Notes: generated by a model from the sequence alone, not told the origin. A DNA stretch of 41,929 nucleotides from a virus (IMGVR_UViG_3300035701_000087:1-41929); one strand, 5' to 3'; shown: positions 1 through 8,963, counted from the stretch's first letter. A program made the numbers and translations.

Positions 1-127
1 GTGTAATGGAACTTGGTTTATATGGCGAGCAATTATATCCGGTGTTTGTGAATGAACATAATGGCTTTGTAAGACTTGGAGTTATTGACCCTTCACAGAT
101 TTCAAAGATAACAGTCAATCCAGAAAA
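1..127. repeat. Direct terminal overlap, left copy (circular assembly signature)
   Basis: 1-127 is identical to 41803-41929; the portal reading frame runs through the junction. Confidence 0.97.
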
Positions 128-1103
128 TATAGAAGAGATGCAGAAAATTATTCTCAAGACAACTTTAACAAATGATAAACAAAAAGAATATAAAGTTATT
201 GCTTTGGATATGGATGCCAATTCAGAAAGTTATGGATATAGAACCGGAGAAGCATTCTTCTTCGCAGTAAATAAATTATCTACAGCAACCCGCGGAATAT
301 CCGATTTACTTTCTATTGCCGACTGGATAGATGGTTACGAAAGATTTTTATTCAACCGCCTTGACCGTTCACACTTAACCAATCATTTTATATGGGATAT
401 ACTTCTTGAAGGATATAATCCTGAGCAGATAAAAGAATGGATGAAAGATTTTCAAATGCCTAAGCCAGGTTCTGTCCGCGCTCATAATGAAAAAGTAAAA
501 TGGGAGACTGTATCTCCCAAGCTGGAATCTTCGGATGCCTCAGAAGAAGCCAAGATGTTTAAATCTCATATTCTTGGACAGGCAGGATTCCCGCCTCATT
601 ACTTTGCTGAGGGGGAGAATACTACCAGAGCTACGGCCATCGAAATGTCCGGCCCGGTATTCAAAAGACTGAAATCCAGACAGACTTATGTCAAGTATAT
701 GGTTACTGAAATATTTGCTTTTGTAATTGACCAGGCAATTATTCATGGCAGGTTGAAACCTGATGTGGATAGAAGTTTCAGTTTATTCTTCCCGAAACTT
801 GCCGAGAAAGATTTTTCAAGTTTATCTACTGCAATAACAAATTTATCAAATGCATTAGTGGTTGGAGAAGACCAGCAGTGGATTACAAAAGATTGGGCTA
901 AAAAAGCATATCTATTTGTTTTATCTCAATTTGGATTTGATATGAGAATAGAAGAAGGGCCGATAAAAAATGATATGTCCGAATCCACTTATGAGTTCAA
1001 AGAATATCTACAGGCAAAAGTAAAAGAAGCAAGATTGAAACTTAAAAAACTTTCTAATGAAGATTCCAAAGAGGCGAAAAAAGAAAATGCCGATATCGAA
1101 TGA
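1..1103 (+). CDS. Portal protein, C-terminal part (gene starts at 41430, about 491 aa in total)
   Basis: In frame with the ORF starting at ATG 41430 across the overlap; lies between terminase and MuF; portal-like C-terminal motif GFPPHYF...TTRATA. Confidence 0.85.
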   Translation, partial: VMELGLYGEQLYPVFVNEHNGFVRLGVIDPSQISKITVNPENIEEMQKIILKTTLTNDKQKEYKVIALDMDANSESYGYRTGEAFFFAVNKLSTATRGISDLLSIADWIDGYERFLFNRLDRSHLTNHFIWDILLEGYNPEQIKEWMKDFQMPKPGSVRAHNEKVKWETVSPKLESSDASEEAKMFKSHILGQAGFPPHYFAEGENTTRATAIEMSGPVFKRLKSRQTYVKYMVTEIFAFVIDQAIIHGRLKPDVDRSFSLFFPKLAEKDFSSLSTAITNLSNALVVGEDQQWITKDWAKKAYLFVLSQFGFDMRIEEGPIKNDMSESTYEFKEYLQAKVKEARLKLKKLSNEDSKEAKKENADIE

Positions 1104-1920
1104 AGTAAGAAAAAAAATTGCTGATAAAATTAAAGAGATAACCAAACAAGGATTTGACTTGAATGATGAAGCCGCAAAATCCTTTGTAGATTATATCGGC
1201 AAGATTAGAGATGATATAACAAAAAAAATAACTTCCGCAGAAGGCATTGATGCTATTCATCTCAAGGGCATAAAAAAATACATAGATGAAGTTCTGGATG
1301 AATTCAAAACTAAGGGAACTGAATCTCTTCATAAATTTCAGGATAAAGGATATAGTCTGGGTGATGAATTAGTTTCTGAGCCAATCAAACTTTCAAAAAT
1401 AAAAGTAAGCATACCTGGTATTTCAAAAGAACAACTTCTAATTATGAAAAATATGTCTGTGGATTTAATTACAGGAGCTTCCGAAGAAGCTAAAGCAAAA
1501 ATCAAGTCTGCATTAAATCAGGCTTTGCTTGGAGAATTAACTCCAACAGAAGCCGCACTGAAGGTTGATTCCGCCTTAGCCCTATTTCAGGACAGGGGCG
1601 AATCAATAGTCCGCACTGAAGTTGGCAGTGTATTCAATATGGCTTCGCAAATTAGACAGCAGGAATATCAGAAAGCACTGCCTACTCTTAAAAAACAATG
1701 GTTAACAACGATAGATGGGAGAGAGAGACCTTCTCATGCGGAAGCAAATGGACAGATAAAAAATATAGATGAGCCTTTTGATTTGAGAAATGACAGAACT
1801 GGAGAGATAGAGCATCCCATGTTCCCGGGTGACCCAATTTTAAGTCCCGAGAATCGGGTGAACGAGAGATGCACTTCAATTCCATTTATGGATGAATGGA
1901 CTTCGCAGGAAACAATATGA
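1087..1920 (+). CDS. MuF / SPP1 gp7-like minor head protein
   Basis: IVRTE, KKQWLTTIDGRERPSH, PGDP...NERCT motifs; directly after portal; start 1087 preferred over 1057. Confidence 0.88.
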   Translation: MPISNEVRKKIADKIKEITKQGFDLNDEAAKSFVDYIGKIRDDITKKITSAEGIDAIHLKGIKKYIDEVLDEFKTKGTESLHKFQDKGYSLGDELVSEPIKLSKIKVSIPGISKEQLLIMKNMSVDLITGASEEAKAKIKSALNQALLGELTPTEAALKVDSALALFQDRGESIVRTEVGSVFNMASQIRQQEYQKALPTLKKQWLTTIDGRERPSHAEANGQIKNIDEPFDLRNDRTGEIEHPMFPGDPILSPENRVNERCTSIPFMDEWTSQETI

Positions 1921-2111
1921 AAAAACCAACAGTTAAAGAATTGGAAAAAATATTGAATAGCAAAAGAAAGAGTTATATCATTATAAATAAAGACGGAAGT
2001 TTATCGGGAACATATACAAAACCAAAACCCACAATGGAAGATTTGGAAAGATATGCAGGCACAAACAAATATGAAATATTACCAAATGGAAAAGTAAAAC
2101 AAAATTTTTAG
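1917..2111 (+). CDS. Hypothetical protein with an internal duplication (KPTVKELE / KPTMEDLE)
   Basis: ATGA overlap with the MuF stop codon. Confidence 0.55.
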   Translation: MKKPTVKELEKILNSKRKSYIIINKDGSLSGTYTKPKPTMEDLERYAGTNKYEILPNGKVKQNF

Positions 2112-2173
2112 GAGGCAGTATGAAAAAGAAAATCAAGAAAGCAAGCAAAAAAAAACAAAAGGGAGGAAGGAAA

Positions 2174-2503
2174 ATGTTTGGATTAGGAAAAGACAAGACA
2201 AAACCAGAAGTAAAACCAAGCGACGCTGGCAGTTTAAGTGAAGAACCAAAAGAAACCATTCCAGAAACCGATGCAACTATCACAGAGACTGGCAATATAC
2301 CAGAGCCAGAAAAAACACAGGAGGAAGAAGAGATGACACTCACAACCAAGAAAGAACCTGAAAAAAAGAAAGAGGTTCTGAAGATTGACGGCAAAGAAGT
2401 TCGTTCAGTTTACACTTTCAAGACTTACACCGTCTATGATTTTGTAGGTGGCGGCAGAAAGAAAGTCATGAATAAAGATGTAAAGAAAGACGAAGAAAAA
2501 TGA
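2174..2503 (+). CDS. Hypothetical Glu/Lys-rich head-module protein
   Basis: GGAGG SD before ATG 2174; alternative start 2120 also has an AGGAGG SD. Confidence 0.6.
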   Translation: MFGLGKDKTKPEVKPSDAGSLSEEPKETIPETDATITETGNIPEPEKTQEEEEMTLTTKKEPEKKKEVLKIDGKEVRSVYTFKTYTVYDFVGGGRKKVMNKDVKKDEEK

Positions 2504-5500
2504 ACTCAGAATTTTTATTTGATTTATTTTGCGATGACTTAACAGAAGGTTTAAGACCGGCCTTCGGTTCTCCGGGAGGTAAGAGATTATTATCTTCAAA
2601 AATAATCCCTTACTTCCCGGAGCATAAAGTCTATGTAGAACCATTCATTGGTGGAGCCGCAGTATTCTTTAAGAAAAAACCTTCCGAGCAAGAAATAATA
2701 AATGACAAAGATTCAGAGATTGCTTTTGCATATAAGTTTTTAAAAGGTTTGAATGAAAATAAAATAAAAAAATTAGAAAGTTTTGACTGGCATTGTAATG
2801 AAAAGAATTTTGATAGGATAAAAGAACTGAAACCAAAAAATGATGAAGAAAGATTTTACAAACATTTATTATTAAATGTTTGGAGTTATGGCAAGATGAA
2901 AGATAGTTTTGCAAGAGATGACAGAAGAGGCGATAATTATCAAGAAACTTTATTAAGTAGACTTTCAAAACTTACTGAAAGATTAAAAAATGTAAAAATA
3001 TATAATAAAGATTGGAAAGATATTGTAGAAGAATATGACGGCAAGAATACATTTTTTTATTTTGACCCGCCTTATTATACCCAAAAAGGAAGTTTACCCA
3101 CGGATTTAAAACCAGAAGAAATAAATAATTATATTAAAAAAATAAAAGGAAAATTCTTATTGAGTTATGCTGGTAATAATAATGAAAGAAAATACTTTTC
3201 TGATTTGAGTTGTAAGAATTTAAAGGTTTTGAGGACTATGAATCAAGGAAGTGGCAAACTTCACGAGGATAATGAATTATTACTTTCTAACTTTGGATTC
3301 TCAAAAAATAATAATTGGTTGGCTGAATCAGTGTTGCAGGAATTTAATCCTGAAAGATACCAGCCCGAAGAACTTCAGAAATTAAACGATTTGGAATTAA
3401 TCCAAAGACACGCCGAGATTGTCAGGATTTGGAAAGAGAGAGGTGCCGAGGCAAACGATGAAATGGCGATTAACTCCCATGCCTTTGTAGCCGATGAACT
3501 GAAAAGGCGAGGTCTGGAACATCGCTATAATGAAGATATAGATAAACTTTCAACTGCAGACTTCCATGTAAAATCAGTGGATGGGAAGTATACTCTTGAA
3601 GATGCATTGAAATTTTTCAATACGGACTTTTATCTCAAAGACCCGTTCTTGGCTCTTACGGGTGGCACCGTGGTTTCTGGTGAAGGCCATGATTGGGATA
3701 TCTGGGTTAACTGGAATAATCCCCAAGTTGCCGAACACCATTGTCCTTATTGCGAGAGATTTCTTCAGCAATTGAGATTCAGACTGCAGTCTCAACTTCC
3801 CGAAGAACTTCAATCCTTAATCCATCTGGTTCCCGAAACAGAAGGTAAGTTTACAAACTATACTCCTCTGGCCCGGATGAAGATTGAATTTATGAAACCA
3901 GAAGAAAGAACATTAATGAGAATGTCTATGCAAGAACAAGAAGATATAATTTGGATTACCAAAGGTGGTCAGAGGATTCCATTGAAGGTTTCTGGACTCA
4001 TTCAAAAAACAGGGGGAATAAAAGGTTTTCAAACTTTGGCTCCTATTCAACAAAGAGAGCTTGCTATATCTCTGTCAACATTGCCAGAGAAATCTATTAA
4101 AGGCGTGAAGATGGAAATCAAGGGACACAGTGAAATGGCTTCGCAGGTTATTTCAGGGAAGAAATATGTTGCGGCAGGAACTTATGAGTATAAAAAAGAT
4201 AAAATATCTATTGACAGAGGAATAGCATTATCTGATATGCGAGGAGTGGTTGCTCATGAGGTCGGACATAGAGTGATGAATAGAATGAGTTCTAAAAAAT
4301 CAGGTGATTATTTATTGGATGTCTGGCCTGAAGAACAAGTTACCAAATATGGAAATAAGAATGGCGGAGAAGGATTTGCAGAAGCATATAAATTTTGGCA
4401 TGGTGGGAAGAGGAGAATATTGAAATCCAAATATCCAAAAACTTATTCTTTCTTTAAAACTCTAAAAGAAAGTTTGGAAAGTATAATTGAAAATAAAGAA
4501 AATGATGAATATACAGTTTTTTTAAATAAGGATTATGACATTGTTCCGCAGGCAGATGCAATATATGCTGTTCATACAATAATAGAAAATGGAATAGTAA
4601 CTTTTGAAGAATGGGGAGTTTTGGAAGGAGCAAAGGTAGAAGAATCTTCGACCATCACTGAAGAAGATTTTGAAAATATTTCTGAACAAGCAAGAGCCGC
4701 TTCCGAAGAAGTAAATGCAGAAGCAGAATTATTTCTTAAAGAAGAAGAGTTTATTGAAATACAAAATCACGAAGATGGAATTCTAAATATACAAGAACAG
4801 AAAAGACCACTTGAAGAATATCCTAAAAATTATGCCGTGTTTACAAATCATTTCAGAGGCCGTTCCGTTCATTTGGATTTTAGACGCCGGCAGAATGGAT
4901 TTTTACATGGTGAAACTTTAATGAATGAACCTGAAGGTTTGATTACTGAACCCGTGGATACTATTGAGAAAGGAAAAAAATGGAATGATATTTTATTAGA
5001 GAAGGGAAAATTTAGACCCGATATGAATCCGAATGAAAAGGTTGTCATGGTTGAAAAAGCAGAACAGCCCCTGGAGTGGATGAATGCTCGTGAAGTAAAA
5101 ATTGAACCCGGACAGGTGGGAGCTACAAAAGAAAATTATGGAGTGCTGATAACATTTGATGAAGGCATGGCTTATCTTGGAGTTCAAAAACCTTACTTTA
5201 AAGAATTCTTTCTGGACATGAAACATTTTAAAGGCAGGATGGTTGAAAGAGTTATTGGAGTTGGAGAGGAATGGGAACAGCCACCCGCGGGACAGACAGT
5301 CCAATGGCAAACATGGACTAATATGGTGGAACAGACTCCGTATCTTTTGACTTCCCGGGGAAGAGAAAAGCATGAGGATGTTCCACCTGAAGGAGTCTCC
5401 TGGTTGCCGCCAGAGTGGGAACAGAAGATACCTTCAGATATGCGGTGGTGGAAGCCAGGACTATCTAATGAGCAAAAATTAGCACTTATGGATAAATCCT

Positions 5501-6378
5501 ACAATCTATTAATTGCGAACGGAGAACTCAAAGATAAACCGCTAAAAGAAGAAGAGGTTATTATCCAAGAGAAAAAATCAAAGTTTATTTTAAGATGGCA
5601 TTGGTGGAAAGGACAAGAGGTAATTCGTAATATGCCCGCAACTGCTTCTCATTGGGATTTAGTAATTGATACTGGAAAAGATTATCTGGATGAATGGAAT
5701 ATCTGGCAGGATCCATTAAGAACAGAAAAAGCAACCGCAGACAGAAAGGTTGTTAATTTAAAATCTCCTATGGGAGATTCTGTTCATGGTTGGTTAGATT
5801 TTTCTGGCAGCATACCTGCTATTGATTCAAAAATAAAACCAGTAACAATAGAAAAAGAAATCTCTCAAGGAATTTATTCTGTGAAATTAGAAAATGGAGA
5901 TATAGTTGAAACCAAAGAAACTTATGCAAAGTTTAGTCCTGGACAGACTGCATACTTAGACCAAAGAAATAATTTGTTTACAGGAAAACTTGGTGGTTCG
6001 GCTTTTGGTAACCCGAATAAAATCATATCCGCCTATATGGAAATAATAGATTCTGGAAACGTGGAATGGTTAGAAGATAATGCAAACTTTTCTTCTTTTA
6101 AGTTTGATGGTAAGATATTGAATGGGTATTATATTATGAAAAAAGAATCTCCTCAATCTACAATCTGGGTATTTTCAAAGAGCGAACTTCCAGGACAACC
6201 AGTAAAAGAAGAAATATCTATTGCAGAAAATAGAACTATAAAAGTTTCTAATATAACTAAACCAGTAGATGTAGACTTCAATGGCAGGATTTACGAAATC
6301 ATACCTACTTCGTCGGGGAAATTGCGCTTGGATTTAAAGAACAAAGAAATTTCAAAAGACCCCCTTGACAAAATCTGA
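2500..6378 (+). CDS. Polyvalent protein: D12-class N6-adenine methyltransferase + nucleotidyltransferase-like + Zn metallopeptidase + two LigD phosphoesterase-like domains
   Basis: GGK, YVEPFIGG and FDPPY (aa ~19-265); LTGG...DWDI (aa ~386-401); HEVGH...EGFAEAY (aa 586-630); HFRGRSVHLDFR (aa 784-795) and H...HWDL...DFSGSIP (aa 1034 onward). Confidence 0.8.
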   Translation: MNSEFLFDLFCDDLTEGLRPAFGSPGGKRLLSSKIIPYFPEHKVYVEPFIGGAAVFFKKKPSEQEIINDKDSEIAFAYKFLKGLNENKIKKLESFDWHCNEKNFDRIKELKPKNDEERFYKHLLLNVWSYGKMKDSFARDDRRGDNYQETLLSRLSKLTERLKNVKIYNKDWKDIVEEYDGKNTFFYFDPPYYTQKGSLPTDLKPEEINNYIKKIKGKFLLSYAGNNNERKYFSDLSCKNLKVLRTMNQGSGKLHEDNELLLSNFGFSKNNNWLAESVLQEFNPERYQPEELQKLNDLELIQRHAEIVRIWKERGAEANDEMAINSHAFVADELKRRGLEHRYNEDIDKLSTADFHVKSVDGKYTLEDALKFFNTDFYLKDPFLALTGGTVVSGEGHDWDIWVNWNNPQVAEHHCPYCERFLQQLRFRLQSQLPEELQSLIHLVPETEGKFTNYTPLARMKIEFMKPEERTLMRMSMQEQEDIIWITKGGQRIPLKVSGLIQKTGGIKGFQTLAPIQQRELAISLSTLPEKSIKGVKMEIKGHSEMASQVISGKKYVAAGTYEYKKDKISIDRGIALSDMRGVVAHEVGHRVMNRMSSKKSGDYLLDVWPEEQVTKYGNKNGGEGFAEAYKFWHGGKRRILKSKYPKTYSFFKTLKESLESIIENKENDEYTVFLNKDYDIVPQADAIYAVHTIIENGIVTFEEWGVLEGAKVEESSTITEEDFENISEQARAASEEVNAEAELFLKEEEFIEIQNHEDGILNIQEQKRPLEEYPKNYAVFTNHFRGRSVHLDFRRRQNGFLHGETLMNEPEGLITEPVDTIEKGKKWNDILLEKGKFRPDMNPNEKVVMVEKAEQPLEWMNAREVKIEPGQVGATKENYGVLITFDEGMAYLGVQKPYFKEFFLDMKHFKGRMVERVIGVGEEWEQPPAGQTVQWQTWTNMVEQTPYLLTSRGREKHEDVPPEGVSWLPPEWEQKIPSDMRWWKPGLSNEQKLALMDKSYNLLIANGELKDKPLKEEEVIIQEKKSKFILRWHWWKGQEVIRNMPATASHWDLVIDTGKDYLDEWNIWQDPLRTEKATADRKVVNLKSPMGDSVHGWLDFSGSIPAIDSKIKPVTIEKEISQGIYSVKLENGDIVETKETYAKFSPGQTAYLDQRNNLFTGKLGGSAFGNPNKIISAYMEIIDSGNVEWLEDNANFSSFKFDGKILNGYYIMKKESPQSTIWVFSKSELPGQPVKEEISIAENRTIKVSNITKPVDVDFNGRIYEIIPTSSGKLRLDLKNKEISKDPLDKI

Positions 6379-6393
6379 TTTGTATGATATAAC
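6365..6393 (+). promoter_or_regulatory. Sigma70-type promoter with extended -10
   Basis: TTGACA-17 bp-TATAAC with TGn immediately before the -10. Confidence 0.75.
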
Positions 6394-6420
6394 CATATCA
6401 AGTTGTTAGTGATTTGTTAT

Positions 6421-6447
6421 AACCGACTTCAAGGAGTCGGTTTTTTT
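6421..6447 (+). terminator. Intrinsic terminator just upstream of the protease-capsid gene
   Basis: AACCGACTT-CAAG-GAGTCGGTT stem-loop running into T7. Confidence 0.75.
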
Positions 6448-6456
6448 ATTTAACTT

Positions 6457-8898
6457 ATGGAACCAGAAATAATCAAAGAAGAAATCCAAATTCTCGAATC
6501 GAAAGACAAGGAAGGCATTGAATGGGATGTATGTCTTATCGAAGCGGGCTTATCTAAGAACGGAAAACTCTATCCTAAAGAAGTTCTACAAAATTCAGTA
6601 AATCTATTTGACGGAGTAAAAGCATTTGCTTTTGAATTCGGGCGGAATATGTTTAACCATCTTCCAATCAAAGTTCAGGAGATGCTCCCTCAGGGATTAA
6701 TTAAGAACATTGTCGGGTGGTATGAAAAACCAAGATTTGATTCATTCAGGGATTCGGAAGGAAATCTGAAATGGGGAATCTTGGCAAAACTTCATATATC
6801 CGAGAATGCGAAATGGCTCTCGCAGTTATTGAAAGATGCTTGGGAGCATGGAAAGAAATCTTTACTCGGGTTATCTATTGATGGTGCAGGGATAACCGTG
6901 AAAGAAGATTATCAGGGAAGGATGATAGATAGAGTCACGGATTTACTCAAGATTAATTCTGTGGACATTGTTACTCAACCATCAGCAGGAGGACAATTAA
7001 TAAGGCTTCTTGCAAGTATAAATCCACTGGAGGAAGTAAACATGAACTGGAAAGATTTGTTAGATTTCGTTTCAAAGCATGATGCAAAGTTGATTGAAGG
7101 GATTGACCCGGAAAACATCATGCAAGAGCAGGCAATAACTCTCCTGAATAAAGTTGTAGAAATTCAGGAAGATGAAAAACAATTCGAGGAAGCACTTGGT
7201 TTTTATTCTTCTATTATTGACCAGGTCATAAACCTGATTGATAGTGATAAGAAAGATGAAGCCATGAAAGTCCTGGAATTATTGAAGGCAAAATTGGATA
7301 AATATGGTTACGCATATCCAGTTGCCGGGCAGGGAAATGGTGGATATGAATATCCGAATGCTCAGAAATACGGATATCCTTATGCAGAAGAAAGTTATAA
7401 TCCGCCAGCGGGATATGGTAAATATGGATATATGCAGAAGAAGAAAGTAAAAAAAGCAAAGGAAGCAGAAGTAATAACCCAGGAGGAAACTAAGATGACA
7501 CCAGAGGAATTAAAAAGGTTGGAAGATGCAGAAAAGAAGTTAACAAAGTTGGATGAGATTGATAATTCTTTGAAGATTAAAGAATCCGAACTCTCGCTAA
7601 AGGAATCACTCATTGACAGCAAACTGCCCGTTCCCGTGAGAGACCACATGATGACACAGTATAAGGGCCGCATCATGAGCAAAGAGGAAATTGACGGAGC
7701 AATCAAAAGTCAGAAAGACCTGTTGGCCGCAGTTCTTCAGGAAACAAGTCAGGTGCAGGGATGTGGAAGAGCTGAAGTGACTTTGGATGAAAAAGACAAA
7801 CTACAGAAAGCGATGGATGGATTCTTCTTTGATAAAGACATTGACAATGTTCCTCGTTTCAAATCCTTCAGACAGGCATTCCGTAAAGTCACCGGATTAC
7901 ACGAAGCATCTGCAGTTGAGATGTTATCTGAATCCGTTGGTTTCGTTCCAAAGGAATATCAGCACATGAAGATTACGGAATCACTCCAGACTTCCAGTTG
8001 GGGCCAGATACTTGGCGATTCAGTGACTCGCAGAATGGTTGCTGAATATACGCTTCCAGAATTACAGTCATGGAGAAAAATAGTATCAGAGATAATTCCT
8101 GTCAGTGATTTCAGAACCCAGCGCAGAATGTTATTGGGTGGATATGGTGTGTTACCTGCAGTTTCAGAAACAGGAACTTACCAGGCCCTCTCATCTCCGA
8201 CTGATGATGAGATGACTTATGCAGTGGGAAAGAAAGGTGGAACGGAAGATTTGACAATGGAAATGATAAAGAACGATGATGTTGGTTCCATTAAAAGAAT
8301 TCCTAAGAAGTTAGGAAGAGCTGCCGCGCAGACACTATACAGGGCGATATTTGACCAGATAGTGAATAACACAGTGACAATGTGGGATGGCAAAGTTCTA
8401 TTCCATGCAGACCATGGCAATCTGGGTGACCAGGAACTTTCCGCTGCTTACCTCTCTGAAATAAAACAGTTAATGATGGATCAGGTTGCTTACGGAGATG
8501 CTTATGAAGTTCTTGGAATGACAAATATTCCGAAGTTCATTCTCGCTCCTTCCGAACTTGAAGAACTCTGTTTCAAACTTAAAACTTCAAAGACCTTGAT
8601 TGGTTCGACAAATGAAGCGGCAACAGAACCGAACATTCATGCGACACAGGGACTGGATTATATTATTCTTCCTTACTGGACAGATGCGAAAGATTTTGCG
8701 ATAGTTGCAGACCCGAATGCACAGCCTACAATTGAAGTTGGATTCCTTGATGGGAAAGAAGAACCAGAATTGTTCGTTCAGGATATGCCGAATGTAGGTT
8801 CAGTATTTACAGCAGATAAAATAACCTACAAGATTAGACATATATTTGGAACAGCTCCTCTGGATTACCGGACAATGTTTAAATCAGTGGTTGCGTGA
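6457..8898 (+). CDS. Fused prohead protease (T4 gp21-like) / scaffold / Mu gpT-like major capsid protein
   Basis: KNGKLYP, GLSIDGAG and VDIVTQPS protease motifs; charged helical middle; C-terminal ~305 aa with VSDFR, LFHADHGNL, YKIRHIFG..LDYR capsid motifs. Confidence 0.88.
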   Translation: MEPEIIKEEIQILESKDKEGIEWDVCLIEAGLSKNGKLYPKEVLQNSVNLFDGVKAFAFEFGRNMFNHLPIKVQEMLPQGLIKNIVGWYEKPRFDSFRDSEGNLKWGILAKLHISENAKWLSQLLKDAWEHGKKSLLGLSIDGAGITVKEDYQGRMIDRVTDLLKINSVDIVTQPSAGGQLIRLLASINPLEEVNMNWKDLLDFVSKHDAKLIEGIDPENIMQEQAITLLNKVVEIQEDEKQFEEALGFYSSIIDQVINLIDSDKKDEAMKVLELLKAKLDKYGYAYPVAGQGNGGYEYPNAQKYGYPYAEESYNPPAGYGKYGYMQKKKVKKAKEAEVITQEETKMTPEELKRLEDAEKKLTKLDEIDNSLKIKESELSLKESLIDSKLPVPVRDHMMTQYKGRIMSKEEIDGAIKSQKDLLAAVLQETSQVQGCGRAEVTLDEKDKLQKAMDGFFFDKDIDNVPRFKSFRQAFRKVTGLHEASAVEMLSESVGFVPKEYQHMKITESLQTSSWGQILGDSVTRRMVAEYTLPELQSWRKIVSEIIPVSDFRTQRRMLLGGYGVLPAVSETGTYQALSSPTDDEMTYAVGKKGGTEDLTMEMIKNDDVGSIKRIPKKLGRAAAQTLYRAIFDQIVNNTVTMWDGKVLFHADHGNLGDQELSAAYLSEIKQLMMDQVAYGDAYEVLGMTNIPKFILAPSELEELCFKLKTSKTLIGSTNEAATEPNIHATQGLDYIILPYWTDAKDFAIVADPNAQPTIEVGFLDGKEEPELFVQDMPNVGSVFTADKITYKIRHIFGTAPLDYRTMFKSVVA

Positions 8899-8963
8899 TA
8901 GAATTCGGAATTAATGAAAGAGTTTGAAAATATATTCCGTTTAAATTTCTTGGAGGAAATAAA

